A DNA stretch of 59,685 nucleotides, taken from assembly GCA_002423155.1 (NCBI GenBank), contig DIUV01000012.1, positions 1 to 59,685 of the forward strand, read 5' to 3'. A model generated the notes under the pieces. It searched no databases, had not been told where the DNA came from, and was given only the letters and a program-made list of their open reading frames with translations. Within the stretch, counting starts at the first letter, position 1; each line of letters begins with the position of its first letter. Shown here in pieces: positions 10,105 to 19,432 of this stretch. This DNA is from Alphaproteobacteria bacterium UBA6149 (GTDB lineage: Bacteria > Pseudomonadota > Alphaproteobacteria > Rickettsiales > UBA998). The translations under genes were made by a program, and so were the position numbers.

Positions 10105-10325
10105 ACTTATAAAAATTCTCCCCCATTATTGGGCACTAAAAAACATCCCATAAAAACGGATTAGAACGCAAAATTCCGCTAGCTTTAAGCAGGCACATTG
10201 TTTATAGTTGATGAATTATACGCATTAATTATCATCAGTGTTTTAGCAAGCTTTAAGCATAAAATATTTTGGCTAGTTAAACATAAAATTTTGTAACCTT
10301 AAAATACTTAGAATGGAGTTGAGGC

Positions 10326-11048
10326 ATGTTCCGTCGCAAAGAAGAAAATGGTGAATTTGAAAATGATTCAAACATCAATGAAGCATCCGAAAATGATGCT
10401 AACGAACAAAATATTTCCGCTATAAAATCCAACACTACTTCTATTGCTCAGGCAACTAGTTCACAAAATCAAACGGCATCAAATGCTGTGAAAGCTCCGG
10501 TAGCACCTACAAAAGCTCCTATCGCATCATCCGTTCCTGCATATCGCGCACCAGGAAGCGGAGCGGCTTTCTCTCCTGCCGCAGCTCAACAAGCTTTAGA
10601 AACCCGCATGCCGATTGGTAGCAACCAGTCACAACAGCAAGCGGCATCTAACCAACAAAATGCTGCCGCAAATATTGCTGGCAAAACCACTTCTAAACGT
10701 ATTTTGACGGTTGGAAATGATATTTTGCTAAAAGGTGAAATCTCTACTTGCGATCGTTTAGTTATTGAAGGCGCGGTAGATGCAACTTTAAAAGACGTGC
10801 ATACGGTTGAAATAACTGAAACTGGTTCTTTCAAAGGCACGGCTGAGATTGAAGATGCAGAAATCAGCGGTCTTTTCGAAGGTGACTTAATCGTTCGCAA
10901 TCGCCTGACTATCTATTCTACAGGAAAAGTGCGTGGTCGTATTTCTTACGGTGAAATCGAAATTGAACGTGGTGGTGAATTAACTGGCGAAATCAGCATC
11001 AATAATGCTTATGCTCAGGCTGCCAATAAAAGCAAACAAGCGGCTTAA
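10326..11048 (+). CDS. Bactofilin (polymer-forming cytoskeletal protein) with long disordered N-terminus
   Basis: LTVGNDILLKGEISTCDRLVIEGAV...G.F.G...AEISGLFEGDL...GKVRGRISYGEIEIERGGELTGEI beta-helix repeats. Confidence 0.88.
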   Translation: MFRRKEENGEFENDSNINEASENDANEQNISAIKSNTTSIAQATSSQNQTASNAVKAPVAPTKAPIASSVPAYRAPGSGAAFSPAAAQQALETRMPIGSNQSQQQAASNQQNAAANIAGKTTSKRILTVGNDILLKGEISTCDRLVIEGAVDATLKDVHTVEITETGSFKGTAEIEDAEISGLFEGDLIVRNRLTIYSTGKVRGRISYGEIEIERGGELTGEISINNAYAQAANKSKQAA

Positions 11049-11071
11049 TTAAGCGGATTTGTTTTAGGAAT

Positions 11072-11112
11072 AAAAAAAGCGGCGGACATATTATTATGTC
11101 CGCCGCTTTTTT
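11072..11112. terminator. Intrinsic terminator after the bactofilin gene
   Basis: AAAAAAAGCGGCGGACATA-loop-TATGTCCGCCGCTTTTTT. Confidence 0.85.
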
Positions 11113-11270
11113 GTGTAACAAAACCACAGCAATCTTAATATTTGTTTACAATTAAATTTATCTATTGTAACAGTAAAATGCTATTGAAATTCCGCACTCA
11201 GATTGCTGGGATAATATTAGATTTTTCTTTTTTTTCTACGATGAGTAGATTTTGTACGGGAGTACATTTT

Positions 11271-11984
11271 ATGTTAAAATACGACACTAAAACTGTGGTT
11301 AGCACGGGTATAACAGGTATTGTTTTAGGATTGTTAGTTATATGGCTTTGGAAATATCTACAGCAAGCAATTGGCTGGATGGTCACTCCAAATGTAGTGG
11401 AAATAGCAAGCTTTATAACTATCATTTCGGTTGTGGCGATGAATTATGCAAAATTTGGGGTTATTCCCATTAATGGGGTAATCAGAAACAGCGCGTATGT
11501 AATTAGTTGCCTATCTTTCTTGGTAACCTTGATTCGAGAAGAAAATACGGGTGCTATATTGCTACAGATTTTCTTGCTCTATATTACAGCTTGGGGAGCA
11601 GTTAAGGCAAAAATCACTCCGATTACGTTTCATACCAACCAAAGAAAATTTGTGCATGCAAGTTTGAAGCTGGTGGTTTTTTTGAGTGGAAGTCTGTTAT
11701 GCGCAAAATACTGGCCAGTTAATTCTGCGACTCAACTCGTAGGAGAATATTGGCAGTGGATAGCGTTACTAGGTGGCATTGGCAACGCAACCTCTTTATT
11801 CCTTCTGGAAATGAACTTTTTTAAAACTATTCAGCAATTTAGCAAATGCTATATATGCACCTGCTCAGTAGTTCTAATATCTTATCTGGGGGAATATAAT
11901 TATACAGGTGTTGTTTTACACTCTAGTACTTGGTTAATAGCGTTTTATGTGGCGTTTATTGAAACCAGGCTACGGAGTAAATGA
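11271..11984 (+). CDS. Hypothetical polytopic membrane protein with two ~3-TM internal repeats
   Basis: Many hydrophobic segments; similar motifs E-N-T-G-A-I-L-L-Q and Y-N-Y-T-G-V-V-L-H in the two halves; start ATG 11271 has a GGGAG RBS (track start 11142). Confidence 0.6.
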   Translation: MLKYDTKTVVSTGITGIVLGLLVIWLWKYLQQAIGWMVTPNVVEIASFITIISVVAMNYAKFGVIPINGVIRNSAYVISCLSFLVTLIREENTGAILLQIFLLYITAWGAVKAKITPITFHTNQRKFVHASLKLVVFLSGSLLCAKYWPVNSATQLVGEYWQWIALLGGIGNATSLFLLEMNFFKTIQQFSKCYICTCSVVLISYLGEYNYTGVVLHSSTWLIAFYVAFIETRLRSK

Positions 11985-11988
11985 AAAG

Positions 11989-12028
11989 AAAAGCCCTTGA
12001 GATTCTTTATATTCTCAAGGGCTTTTTT
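11989..12028. terminator. Bidirectional intrinsic terminator between the membrane protein and Nudix genes
   Basis: AAAAGCCCTTGAGA-loop-TCTCAAGGGCTTTTTT between convergent genes. Confidence 0.8.
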
Positions 12029-12142
12029 ATACCAATTTGCGAACAATATGCTGATAAACTTCTACGCAAATTGGAGAGCGCGACCGCGCGTCGCCGCCCG
12101 TGCGGCGTAACAATCAATCGCAGATTGATTGCAAAATAGTAT
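12029..12142. repeat. Degenerate palindromic element (family 4)
   Basis: Imperfect TIR ATACCAATTTGC / GCAAAATAGTAT; GCGCGACCGCGC hairpin similar to that at ~33.8 kb. Confidence 0.4.
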
Positions 12143-12146
12143 TAAA

Positions 12147-12782
12147 TCAACCAGCAAGATAAAGCGATTGCTTATTTCCCAATAATTTTTCATGCAAAGT
12201 CTTTAGCGCGGCAAATTCATGCGGATAGGCAAAATTTTGTTCGGGCATTTGCATAATCTCCGATATAGGTAAAATTTTGATGCCGCGTACTTCATTATGG
12301 GTAGCAACAAAGCTTGCTTGCTTATATTGTTCATCTCCAGTTAGTTTTTGCGCATGTTCTTGTAGTTGAACTAATTCTTCTGCGGTTAGCTCTAAAGCAT
12401 GACCATGATAACAAACTGGTAATGCAGGGTTTTTATAATCAATGCCGGCAGAAATAATTTGTAATCTTTGTGCGTCGGGAGCAATAATCGGCGTCCCTTC
12501 AGCATTCACAACTTCTTCGCGCAATTCGCGCACGGCACCTTCGGCTAATTGCTCTCCTGCGCTATTATTGCTACCTATATCTACATAGCCACCTGGTAAG
12601 CCGAGCCGTCCATCGCAGCGCTCTACTAACAATACAGATGGTTTAGCTTTGCGGCTTTGTATGCCATTACTAAGTGTAGGATTAAAATAACAAGCAACGA
12701 ACGAACCAACCGTCGCGGTTTTTACTGTATGCTCCATGGGTTCGGTTAAACTGGACCATGCGGGGAGTTTATTATCAGTCAT
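12147..12782 (-). CDS. Nudix hydrolase, probable ADP-ribose/NAD pyrophosphatase
   Basis: VLLVERCDGRLGLPGGYVD...GEQLAEGAVRELREEV Nudix box (with insertion); FAYPH resembles the LAFDH motif of ADPR-pyrophosphatase-type Nudix domains. Confidence 0.75.
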   Translation of the reverse strand: MTDNKLPAWSSLTEPMEHTVKTATVGSFVACYFNPTLSNGIQSRKAKPSVLLVERCDGRLGLPGGYVDIGSNNSAGEQLAEGAVRELREEVVNAEGTPIIAPDAQRLQIISAGIDYKNPALPVCYHGHALELTAEELVQLQEHAQKLTGDEQYKQASFVATHNEVRGIKILPISEIMQMPEQNFAYPHEFAALKTLHEKLLGNKQSLYLAG

Positions 12783-12797
12783 TTTTATTCTTTCTTT

Positions 12798-14402
12798 TTA
12801 AAAAAATTTTGATATTTCGTTGTAGAAAGGAGCAAACCCACCAAAAAAGTACTTTGACAATATTGATAAACCATAATAATTACTAATAATTGTTGTGATA
12901 ATTAACAATAATGATGGACATAAATGTATGTGATTTCTAAATGCTTTTAGAAATGAAAAATAAGGGTGGATTTTGATTAAAAATTGTGTTGGCGGGGGAT
13001 AAAAAGCTATTAACATCAACGGCATTAATGGCAGCATATAACGACCTTGAAAGCCATTAATATAATTATTTGTTAATGGATTCCATTGTATATGTAAGGC
13101 GAGTAATGTTAGAAAGAATGTTACTATAGTCACACATACTAATAGAATCCTTATTCTCATCAATAATAACAAGCCATATTTATCGTTATCTTCTTCAATG
13201 GGAGTGCGAGTAAATAATAATAAGAACGCCACAAACATAGCAATAATACTGGAAGTTTTGTTTACAGGTATTTTACTTTCTGTTAGCCCACCAATAGCTT
13301 GAAAAAAAACATCATCTGCCCAAAAGCTTTTATTGGTAAAAGTATTGTATAATATTTTTGCCGCCCGCATAGGTTGTGTTCTTAACAATAACATTTGTTG
13401 TTTAGGAGAGCTATGAATCATTTGATCTGTTTCATCATTCTTAATAAAATTATATTTACTTAGTCTGATTTGTTCGGCTTCTTTTATTTGTGGATCTAAG
13501 CTGTTTGATCTTTCTATTGCTGCTTGTAAAATCTTAACCGCTTCCATATTCCATACCATACCTACAGAGAATGAAATTATAAAAATTGTTGAAATAATAA
13601 TAGCTACCTGCTTGCTAGATTTTCTTATAATGTTAGGAATAAAAAGCAATGTTAGTGAAGTGAAATAAACTATTTTGCTTAAAGCAATAGCTATAGCTAA
13701 AGAAGATGTTATTAAATAATATTTACAAGAGAATACTTTATTTTCATTGTTTGGCGATAAATTTGTTCTTAATAAGAAAGAAACAAACAGCAAAATAAAT
13801 CCTATCGTCAAAGAATCAGCGCTTACCATAGAGCGCCCACACATTGCCATAGGCCACAACATCACGGCACAAATGCTCCATTGTGCGTAGGGAAGTTTCT
13901 TTATTGCATAAGCAATAAGCAACGTGCTTGATAACAATGATATTATGCGCAGCAGATAAAACAATACAAAAGGGGGTGTGTGTAAAGATTGAAAAATATA
14001 AGAAGATATTATAGTAGGAATATATGCGACTGGTGAATATAAATCAACCGTACCAAGATTATTTTGATATTTAACCAGTTCGTTTTTGGCAATATCATCA
14101 TTACCTGCATCTAAAATAGATTTCATAATATCGTAATTATACTGACCATTAAAGCCTATGCGAGGGCGAAAAGAGCTTCCTTTAATTAAAAAATCCACAT
14201 AAGATTTATTAATTTCATATTCTTGCCATATTTTACCTTTAGAATATCCAATAACCCTCATATAATGCCCATATTCATCGTGAGAGCGAAACGGTGGGGT
14301 AATAAATATATATGCAAAGCCTATTACAATGGATAATATAAAAAAAAGTTGATGAGGAAGAATAGGTGCGTTTCTTAGAAAAGAACTTTTATTTTTCAAC
14401 AT
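12798..14402 (-). CDS. GT-C fold integral membrane glycosyltransferase (DUF2142-like, GtrC role)
   Basis: TPPFRSHDEYGHY, LYSPVAYIP, GFQGRYMLP motifs; many TM segments; clustered with GT2 and GtrA genes. Confidence 0.72.
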   Translation of the reverse strand: MLKNKSSFLRNAPILPHQLFFILSIVIGFAYIFITPPFRSHDEYGHYMRVIGYSKGKIWQEYEINKSYVDFLIKGSSFRPRIGFNGQYNYDIMKSILDAGNDDIAKNELVKYQNNLGTVDLYSPVAYIPTIISSYIFQSLHTPPFVLFYLLRIISLLSSTLLIAYAIKKLPYAQWSICAVMLWPMAMCGRSMVSADSLTIGFILLFVSFLLRTNLSPNNENKVFSCKYYLITSSLAIAIALSKIVYFTSLTLLFIPNIIRKSSKQVAIIISTIFIISFSVGMVWNMEAVKILQAAIERSNSLDPQIKEAEQIRLSKYNFIKNDETDQMIHSSPKQQMLLLRTQPMRAAKILYNTFTNKSFWADDVFFQAIGGLTESKIPVNKTSSIIAMFVAFLLLFTRTPIEEDNDKYGLLLLMRIRILLVCVTIVTFFLTLLALHIQWNPLTNNYINGFQGRYMLPLMPLMLIAFYPPPTQFLIKIHPYFSFLKAFRNHIHLCPSLLLIITTIISNYYGLSILSKYFFGGFAPFYNEISKFF

Positions 14403-14414
14403 AAAGCACCAAAT

Positions 14415-15323
14415 TTATTGTGATAAATAATGTAACTGCTTCAATGACCTTCCCATTTTTGATACTGAATCTAAAATAAGTCCACAAGCCATAGAAATGG
14501 TTGAAATAATTGACAAACCTGTACACAATACCGCTGTTGGCAACCTTTCTACAGTTCCCACTGCTATAAAGTTGGCAATAATTGGAACGGCCAATACAAT
14601 CGAAACCAAGAATAAAAACAGAGAAATTGTACCATAAAATAATATGGGCTTGTTGTGCCGAGTAAAATAAACTATTGCAAGCAATATCTTAAGACCATCT
14701 CTATAGGTATTAAGTTTGCTTCTGGAGCCATTTGGACGAGGATAATATTCGGTTTCAATTTCTGCTATTGACAGATTCTGGTCTAGGGCATGTATTGCTA
14801 ACTCTGTTTCTATTTCAAAACTGGAGAAACTAACAGAAAAAGACTTAACAAATCTTCGTGATAACACCCTATATCCAGAAAAAACATCTTCAAAAGCCTG
14901 ACCAAACAATAATGAAATAAGAAATGTAAATAATTTGTTACCAGAAACATGACAAAATCTGTAGGCCATTCCAGCATCAACAGCAACTCTTCTTCCCACG
15001 ACCATGTCTAGTTTGTTGTTTATTAAGAAATCCAGCATTTGCGGTGCCTTACTTATTTGATAAGTTGCATCACCATCCGCCATTATGTAATAGTCTGCCT
15101 CAACATCACGAAACATTCTGCGGACAACACAACCCTTTCCTTGTTTTTTTTCTATCCGCACTATAGCTCCAGCTTTTTTAGCTATATCACCAGTTCCGTC
15201 ATTTGAATTATTATCGTAAACATATATCTTAGCTAAAGGCAAATATAGTTTAAAATCTGATATTACTTTCTCAATAGAGAGGGCTTCATTATAACAAGGA
15301 ATAATAACGGCTATTTCTGGCAT
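14415..15323 (-). CDS. GT2 polyprenyl-phosphate glycosyltransferase (GtrB/DPM1-like)
   Basis: IAVIIPCYNE, DNNSND, GKG, DGDATY, SGYR, FEIETEL; two C-terminal TM helices. Confidence 0.88.
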   Translation of the reverse strand: MPEIAVIIPCYNEALSIEKVISDFKLYLPLAKIYVYDNNSNDGTGDIAKKAGAIVRIEKKQGKGCVVRRMFRDVEADYYIMADGDATYQISKAPQMLDFLINNKLDMVVGRRVAVDAGMAYRFCHVSGNKLFTFLISLLFGQAFEDVFSGYRVLSRRFVKSFSVSFSSFEIETELAIHALDQNLSIAEIETEYYPRPNGSRSKLNTYRDGLKILLAIVYFTRHNKPILFYGTISLFLFLVSIVLAVPIIANFIAVGTVERLPTAVLCTGLSIISTISMACGLILDSVSKMGRSLKQLHYLSQ

Positions 15324-15352
15324 GATACTGCATTACATGTTTTAAATTTAAT

Positions 15353-15775
15353 TTAGATTGGTTTTTTAAATACAACAAAATTATAAAATACAAAGTTAAA
15401 TAATGCTGCAATAGCACTAGATAATAAAATTGAAATATCTCTATTTATAAGTGGGATTATGTATATAATCCCACAGAAAGCAAGGTAATTTATCACCCCA
15501 CCAAAAAGGCTTCCACTAAAATATAAGAAGAATTCTTTGGCTAATCCAACATAAGAAAATAATTCTCTATTTTGTTTGAAAGTTACCGTCCTGTTCCCAA
15601 TCCAAGTTACAAATATCGCAAAAAATATCGAAATTATACGAGAAAACGAATCATCAATGAGGTTTGAAAACATACGAAACACCGCAATATCTACAATCAT
15701 TCCGATAAAGCCAACGGTCAAAAATATTGCCATCTTTTGTTTATTTATCAACACATTCACCAAAGAAACAACCAA
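15353..15775 (-). CDS. gtrA: GtrA-family flippase-like protein
   Basis: FLTVGFIGMIVD, NRTVTF, NFVFYNFVVFK; four TMs. Confidence 0.8.
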   Translation of the reverse strand: MVVSLVNVLINKQKMAIFLTVGFIGMIVDIAVFRMFSNLIDDSFSRIISIFFAIFVTWIGNRTVTFKQNRELFSYVGLAKEFFLYFSGSLFGGVINYLAFCGIIYIIPLINRDISILLSSAIAALFNFVFYNFVVFKKPI

Positions 15776-15853
15776 GCTTTCACAATTTTTTACATATAAT
15801 TTTTTAATGTAGAACGCGTTGGTTTTAGTGTAAAGTTTTAAGTTGTGCTTAAA

Positions 15854-18800
15854 TTATGCTGCCAGTTGAAAACCTTGATCTAACTCATAAGTAGGGCTTT
15901 TTCTAACCTGTTCAGATAGTTCTTTTATGGAGTCCTGTAGTTTATCAAAATCTGCTTCTAGTAATCCAGTTTTGAACTCTTTATCAAAAATCGCCATTTT
16001 ATGGGCAGTTTGCAAACTCATGCCCGTTTTGGCTCTAAAGCCATGTTCACCTAGTTTTTCGTATAATACATCTAAGCTTAACTCTGCCATGTGGGTTTTG
16101 AAATGGTCGCCAATTTCGTGGGTGCGTACATCATCATGCGGAGTTACATTTTTGCCTGTATGCGGTGCGCGAGTGGCTGCGGTGCGCTTGAATTGTCCAC
16201 GCTCCCAAGCATTAGTGAACTTCAACATCATATTGCGTAAAGCCACTGAATCTTTGGGGAACAAATCATCTTGTTTTAAGATTTCAAACGCTTCGGTAGG
16301 CGTATTGCGATCTAACACGATGACATCCACCATTTTATCTCCTTGCGGATAGGTAAAGCCGAAATCTTTTTCGTCGGTTTGTTTTGCCTCGCCTGCTACT
16401 TCTTGGCGCAATTCTGCTGATGGAGCTTGTTGGTTGATGAGTGACAAAGCCTTAATTGGTTTTAACTCTGCCAAACCATTTGCTTCCATGTAAGCAAGGC
16501 CAGCAGTTATATCATGCTTTTGTATGCCCCCTATTGGGTTAGCACCGCCCATATGCATATCACCACCAATAGTAGTATATCCCAAAGCGGATTCAGAAGC
16601 GTTAGAGGTAACCAACGCAATTTTTTTCTGGATATTCCCCAAAGCTCCCGGAGTTATAACCCGAACGCGTGCCTGATAATTTTGCAATGCCACGTCAAAA
16701 GCAGGATCTGACCAAGTGGGTATTTCTTGTTTGCAAGCAGCAGATATATAATCTGGCAATTTAGGATGGCTACCCAAAGGAGCATAAATATAATTGGTAA
16801 TAATTTTCTTTATGCGTCCTTCAGATATATGTAACTGATCTTCTTCGGATAAATTTTCAGTATTTAATCCTTGTAAAGCTATATCTTTATTTTCTCTAGC
16901 AAACCGAGTTAAATCTAGTCCTGAAGAACCAATAATTGCTTCATCAACAATTCTTTGTTGGGGGGCAACGTAAAAATTTCCACCAATACCTTGAATATCG
17001 TGTTCTATGTTTACTATTTCATAGGTTTCTTTTTTATTGTCTTTTACCCATTTTGTTAGTTGATTATTTTCAATTTTATCTAATGTTTGATCAAAATAAA
17101 TCTTCTTGGTGATTGGCTGGTCATGTTCGTCTTTTAAAACATTTCCTTGCTCATCTTTAGCCAATACTTCAACTAAAGTTCCACCTTCAATCAAAAATCT
17201 TGCCGCATCTTGGGTTTCTTTAGAGCTAATATCGGTAGGCAAATAAACGCAGGTTAGAAGATTTTTCTTTATTGCTGCTATGGCTGCTTTTTCACCTTCT
17301 GCTTGTTCTATTTTTAGAGCTTCATCTTTGTATTCAAGTTTTGGAAAATGTTCAAAAAATCCTTTTATGCCATTTTCTTTAACTTCTAATTCCACCATGC
17401 TGGCAACTTCAACCGCACCATAAGCGGAATCTTTTCCACCAGATAATGATACTACAAACCCCTGACAAAAGGGCTGTTTCTGCATATAATCACGCATCCA
17501 CAAAGCAATAGAGCGAGCATATTCTTCATGTTTTAAATCTGACTTTTCAGCATATTCAAAAACATTTTCTGCCCCCGTTGCCTCGCCTACCACGTGCTTA
17601 TCGCTAAAATGATGTTTAATTTCCACATCGGGCTTATAATTGCGCTCCGCCAGAGGGATTTCGGCGACTAAACTACTGGTGGATACGTCTTTGAAACTAT
17701 AACGATCCCCATGATGGACGATTTTACCATTTTGGGCAAAAATCTGGCTACCTTCGGCCGCCATAGTGCCGGAATTGGTGCCTAAGAAATTGGTGTAAAT
17801 ATATGCTCCGCAATGTTGCGAGCCGGTTTCGCACAAACCCTTCGAGCGGATAGATTCTTTATCCAGGCTCGGCTGGGGTTTGCTGGCGCTGGGGTTTAGC
17901 ACCACACCTATATCGGTATCTTTCGATAATCTTGCTAAATAACGCGCCTGTTCTTTTTCGCGGTTATTAATGCTAGAATCATCACCCACGCCCGGCCAGC
18001 CTTCGGCGCAAATTTCGTGGAATAAGGTGATGTGCCGACCATCCGCCGCTTGCAGACCAACCACAGGTTTACCAAAGGGAACTTTTTTGCCGTTCGGTAA
18101 GGCAATTTCAATGGTGCCTTTGCTAACTGGCCAAGCGTTGAATTGGCGAGGTTCGTATTCAGCTGCTCCGTCTGCCAAAATAGACTTAGCAGAAATAGCG
18201 ACCACCTCTCCACCAGCAATGGTTATTTGCGTATTAAAGGGGCGGTTATTGATGTTATATTGTGGATCATCCGCAGGGAAACTTTTATCTGCATAATGCC
18301 AAGGCGCGCCTACGGAAATTACTAAATTGGGGTTTTTATCTTTGGCATATTTGGCGATTAATTGCAGCGCTTCCCACACATGGTCATTATTTTTATTCCA
18401 TTGATGATAATCATCCGCGCCATAGCCCACTAAGCCCATTTCTTCGAGCGCTAAAATATCCACATTGGCTTTTTCCGCTTTATCAATCGCCGCGCAGATA
18501 TTTTTTACGTTAGTAGCAAAATCATAAGAAGTCTGGTTACAACTGCCCGACATAATATTAACCGGAACAGTTGCTTTCACTTGCGTAGTTTTATTCAGCT
18601 CATCCGCTTTGTTTTTCAAACTATCAATAGTTAATTCCTGACCATCTGCTTGCAGCGCCGAAATTATTTGTGCGGTAGAAATATGTTTTTCTTTTGCCAA
18701 ACGGTCTAAACTCAAATCCAACATAGTAAGGGGAATATTTGCCGCTTCTAACGCCTCCGCACTCGGATTAGCGGCGCGTGCCTGCTTAGCCAAAAACACA

Positions 18801-19432
18801 ATATATTCCGGATCAGCAAAGGCAGATTTTTCTTTATCACTTAAATTACGCAAATCCTTCACCCGTAATTGGCTAGCGGCCATAGTGGGGGAGGTTGGTT
18901 GCTCTACCAATGCCGGGAAATTCATTTCCGTGAAAGTTTCTTCCCAGGAATATTGATGTTTTACGCTGCCATCTTCCAAAGTTCGTTGTGCTACGGCATC
19001 TTCAGGTTTGCCGACGAAATAATGCATAGTTTTGTCACGCAAATCTGGGTGCTTGCCGTCTATTTCTATTTCGCCATTTAGTTTGTTGACCAGATTCCGA
19101 CACCAAAGATTATTATTTCCCAAATCTTTATAGCCGACCAAAACATAATCTTTGCCTTCTTCTTTATCATGCAAAGCGCGGCGCAATTGTTCTTTTTGTT
19201 GCTCTAACGTCAACGGGTTTTTGAGCGGGCTAAACAGACCATCATCAAAGCCATTTTCTTTTACCGCTTCGTTGCAAGAACCAATCACAATAATGGGCAC
19301 CAGGCCTTGCTCCATATTCTTACGAATAGTTTTCAAATGCTCCTGATGCAAAGGCTGCCGCCGCCCGAATAAGAGCGAATATTCAATTCCTTGTTCGCGT
19401 GCTTGTTCAAAATTGGCAAAATTCTCAACCAT
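15854..19432 (-). CDS. nadE: Fusion protein: NadM-like NMN/NaMN adenylyltransferase domain + glutamine-dependent NAD+ synthetase (nitrilase + synthetase domains)
   Basis: N-term LFGRRQPLHQEH, IVIGS, KNPLT, MAASQLR (NadM-like); nitrilase triad in LEEMGLVGY / SAKSIL / EICAEGW; synthetase VVSLSGGKDSA, QNYQARVR, SNASESALGY, PSAEL, QTDE, QFKR. Confidence 0.85.
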   Translation of the reverse strand: MVENFANFEQAREQGIEYSLLFGRRQPLHQEHLKTIRKNMEQGLVPIIVIGSCNEAVKENGFDDGLFSPLKNPLTLEQQKEQLRRALHDKEEGKDYVLVGYKDLGNNNLWCRNLVNKLNGEIEIDGKHPDLRDKTMHYFVGKPEDAVAQRTLEDGSVKHQYSWEETFTEMNFPALVEQPTSPTMAASQLRVKDLRNLSDKEKSAFADPEYIVFLAKQARAANPSAEALEAANIPLTMLDLSLDRLAKEKHISTAQIISALQADGQELTIDSLKNKADELNKTTQVKATVPVNIMSGSCNQTSYDFATNVKNICAAIDKAEKANVDILALEEMGLVGYGADDYHQWNKNNDHVWEALQLIAKYAKDKNPNLVISVGAPWHYADKSFPADDPQYNINNRPFNTQITIAGGEVVAISAKSILADGAAEYEPRQFNAWPVSKGTIEIALPNGKKVPFGKPVVGLQAADGRHITLFHEICAEGWPGVGDDSSINNREKEQARYLARLSKDTDIGVVLNPSASKPQPSLDKESIRSKGLCETGSQHCGAYIYTNFLGTNSGTMAAEGSQIFAQNGKIVHHGDRYSFKDVSTSSLVAEIPLAERNYKPDVEIKHHFSDKHVVGEATGAENVFEYAEKSDLKHEEYARSIALWMRDYMQKQPFCQGFVVSLSGGKDSAYGAVEVASMVELEVKENGIKGFFEHFPKLEYKDEALKIEQAEGEKAAIAAIKKNLLTCVYLPTDISSKETQDAARFLIEGGTLVEVLAKDEQGNVLKDEHDQPITKKIYFDQTLDKIENNQLTKWVKDNKKETYEIVNIEHDIQGIGGNFYVAPQQRIVDEAIIGSSGLDLTRFARENKDIALQGLNTENLSEEDQLHISEGRIKKIITNYIYAPLGSHPKLPDYISAACKQEIPTWSDPAFDVALQNYQARVRVITPGALGNIQKKIALVTSNASESALGYTTIGGDMHMGGANPIGGIQKHDITAGLAYMEANGLAELKPIKALSLINQQAPSAELRQEVAGEAKQTDEKDFGFTYPQGDKMVDVIVLDRNTPTEAFEILKQDDLFPKDSVALRNMMLKFTNAWERGQFKRTAATRAPHTGKNVTPHDDVRTHEIGDHFKTHMAELSLDVLYEKLGEHGFRAKTGMSLQTAHKMAIFDKEFKTGLLEADFDKLQDSIKELSEQVRKSPTYELDQGFQLAA

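Noticed and set aside
12147..12782. NrtR transcriptional regulator
   Set aside because: The Nudix domain runs to the C-terminus, with no winged-helix domain.
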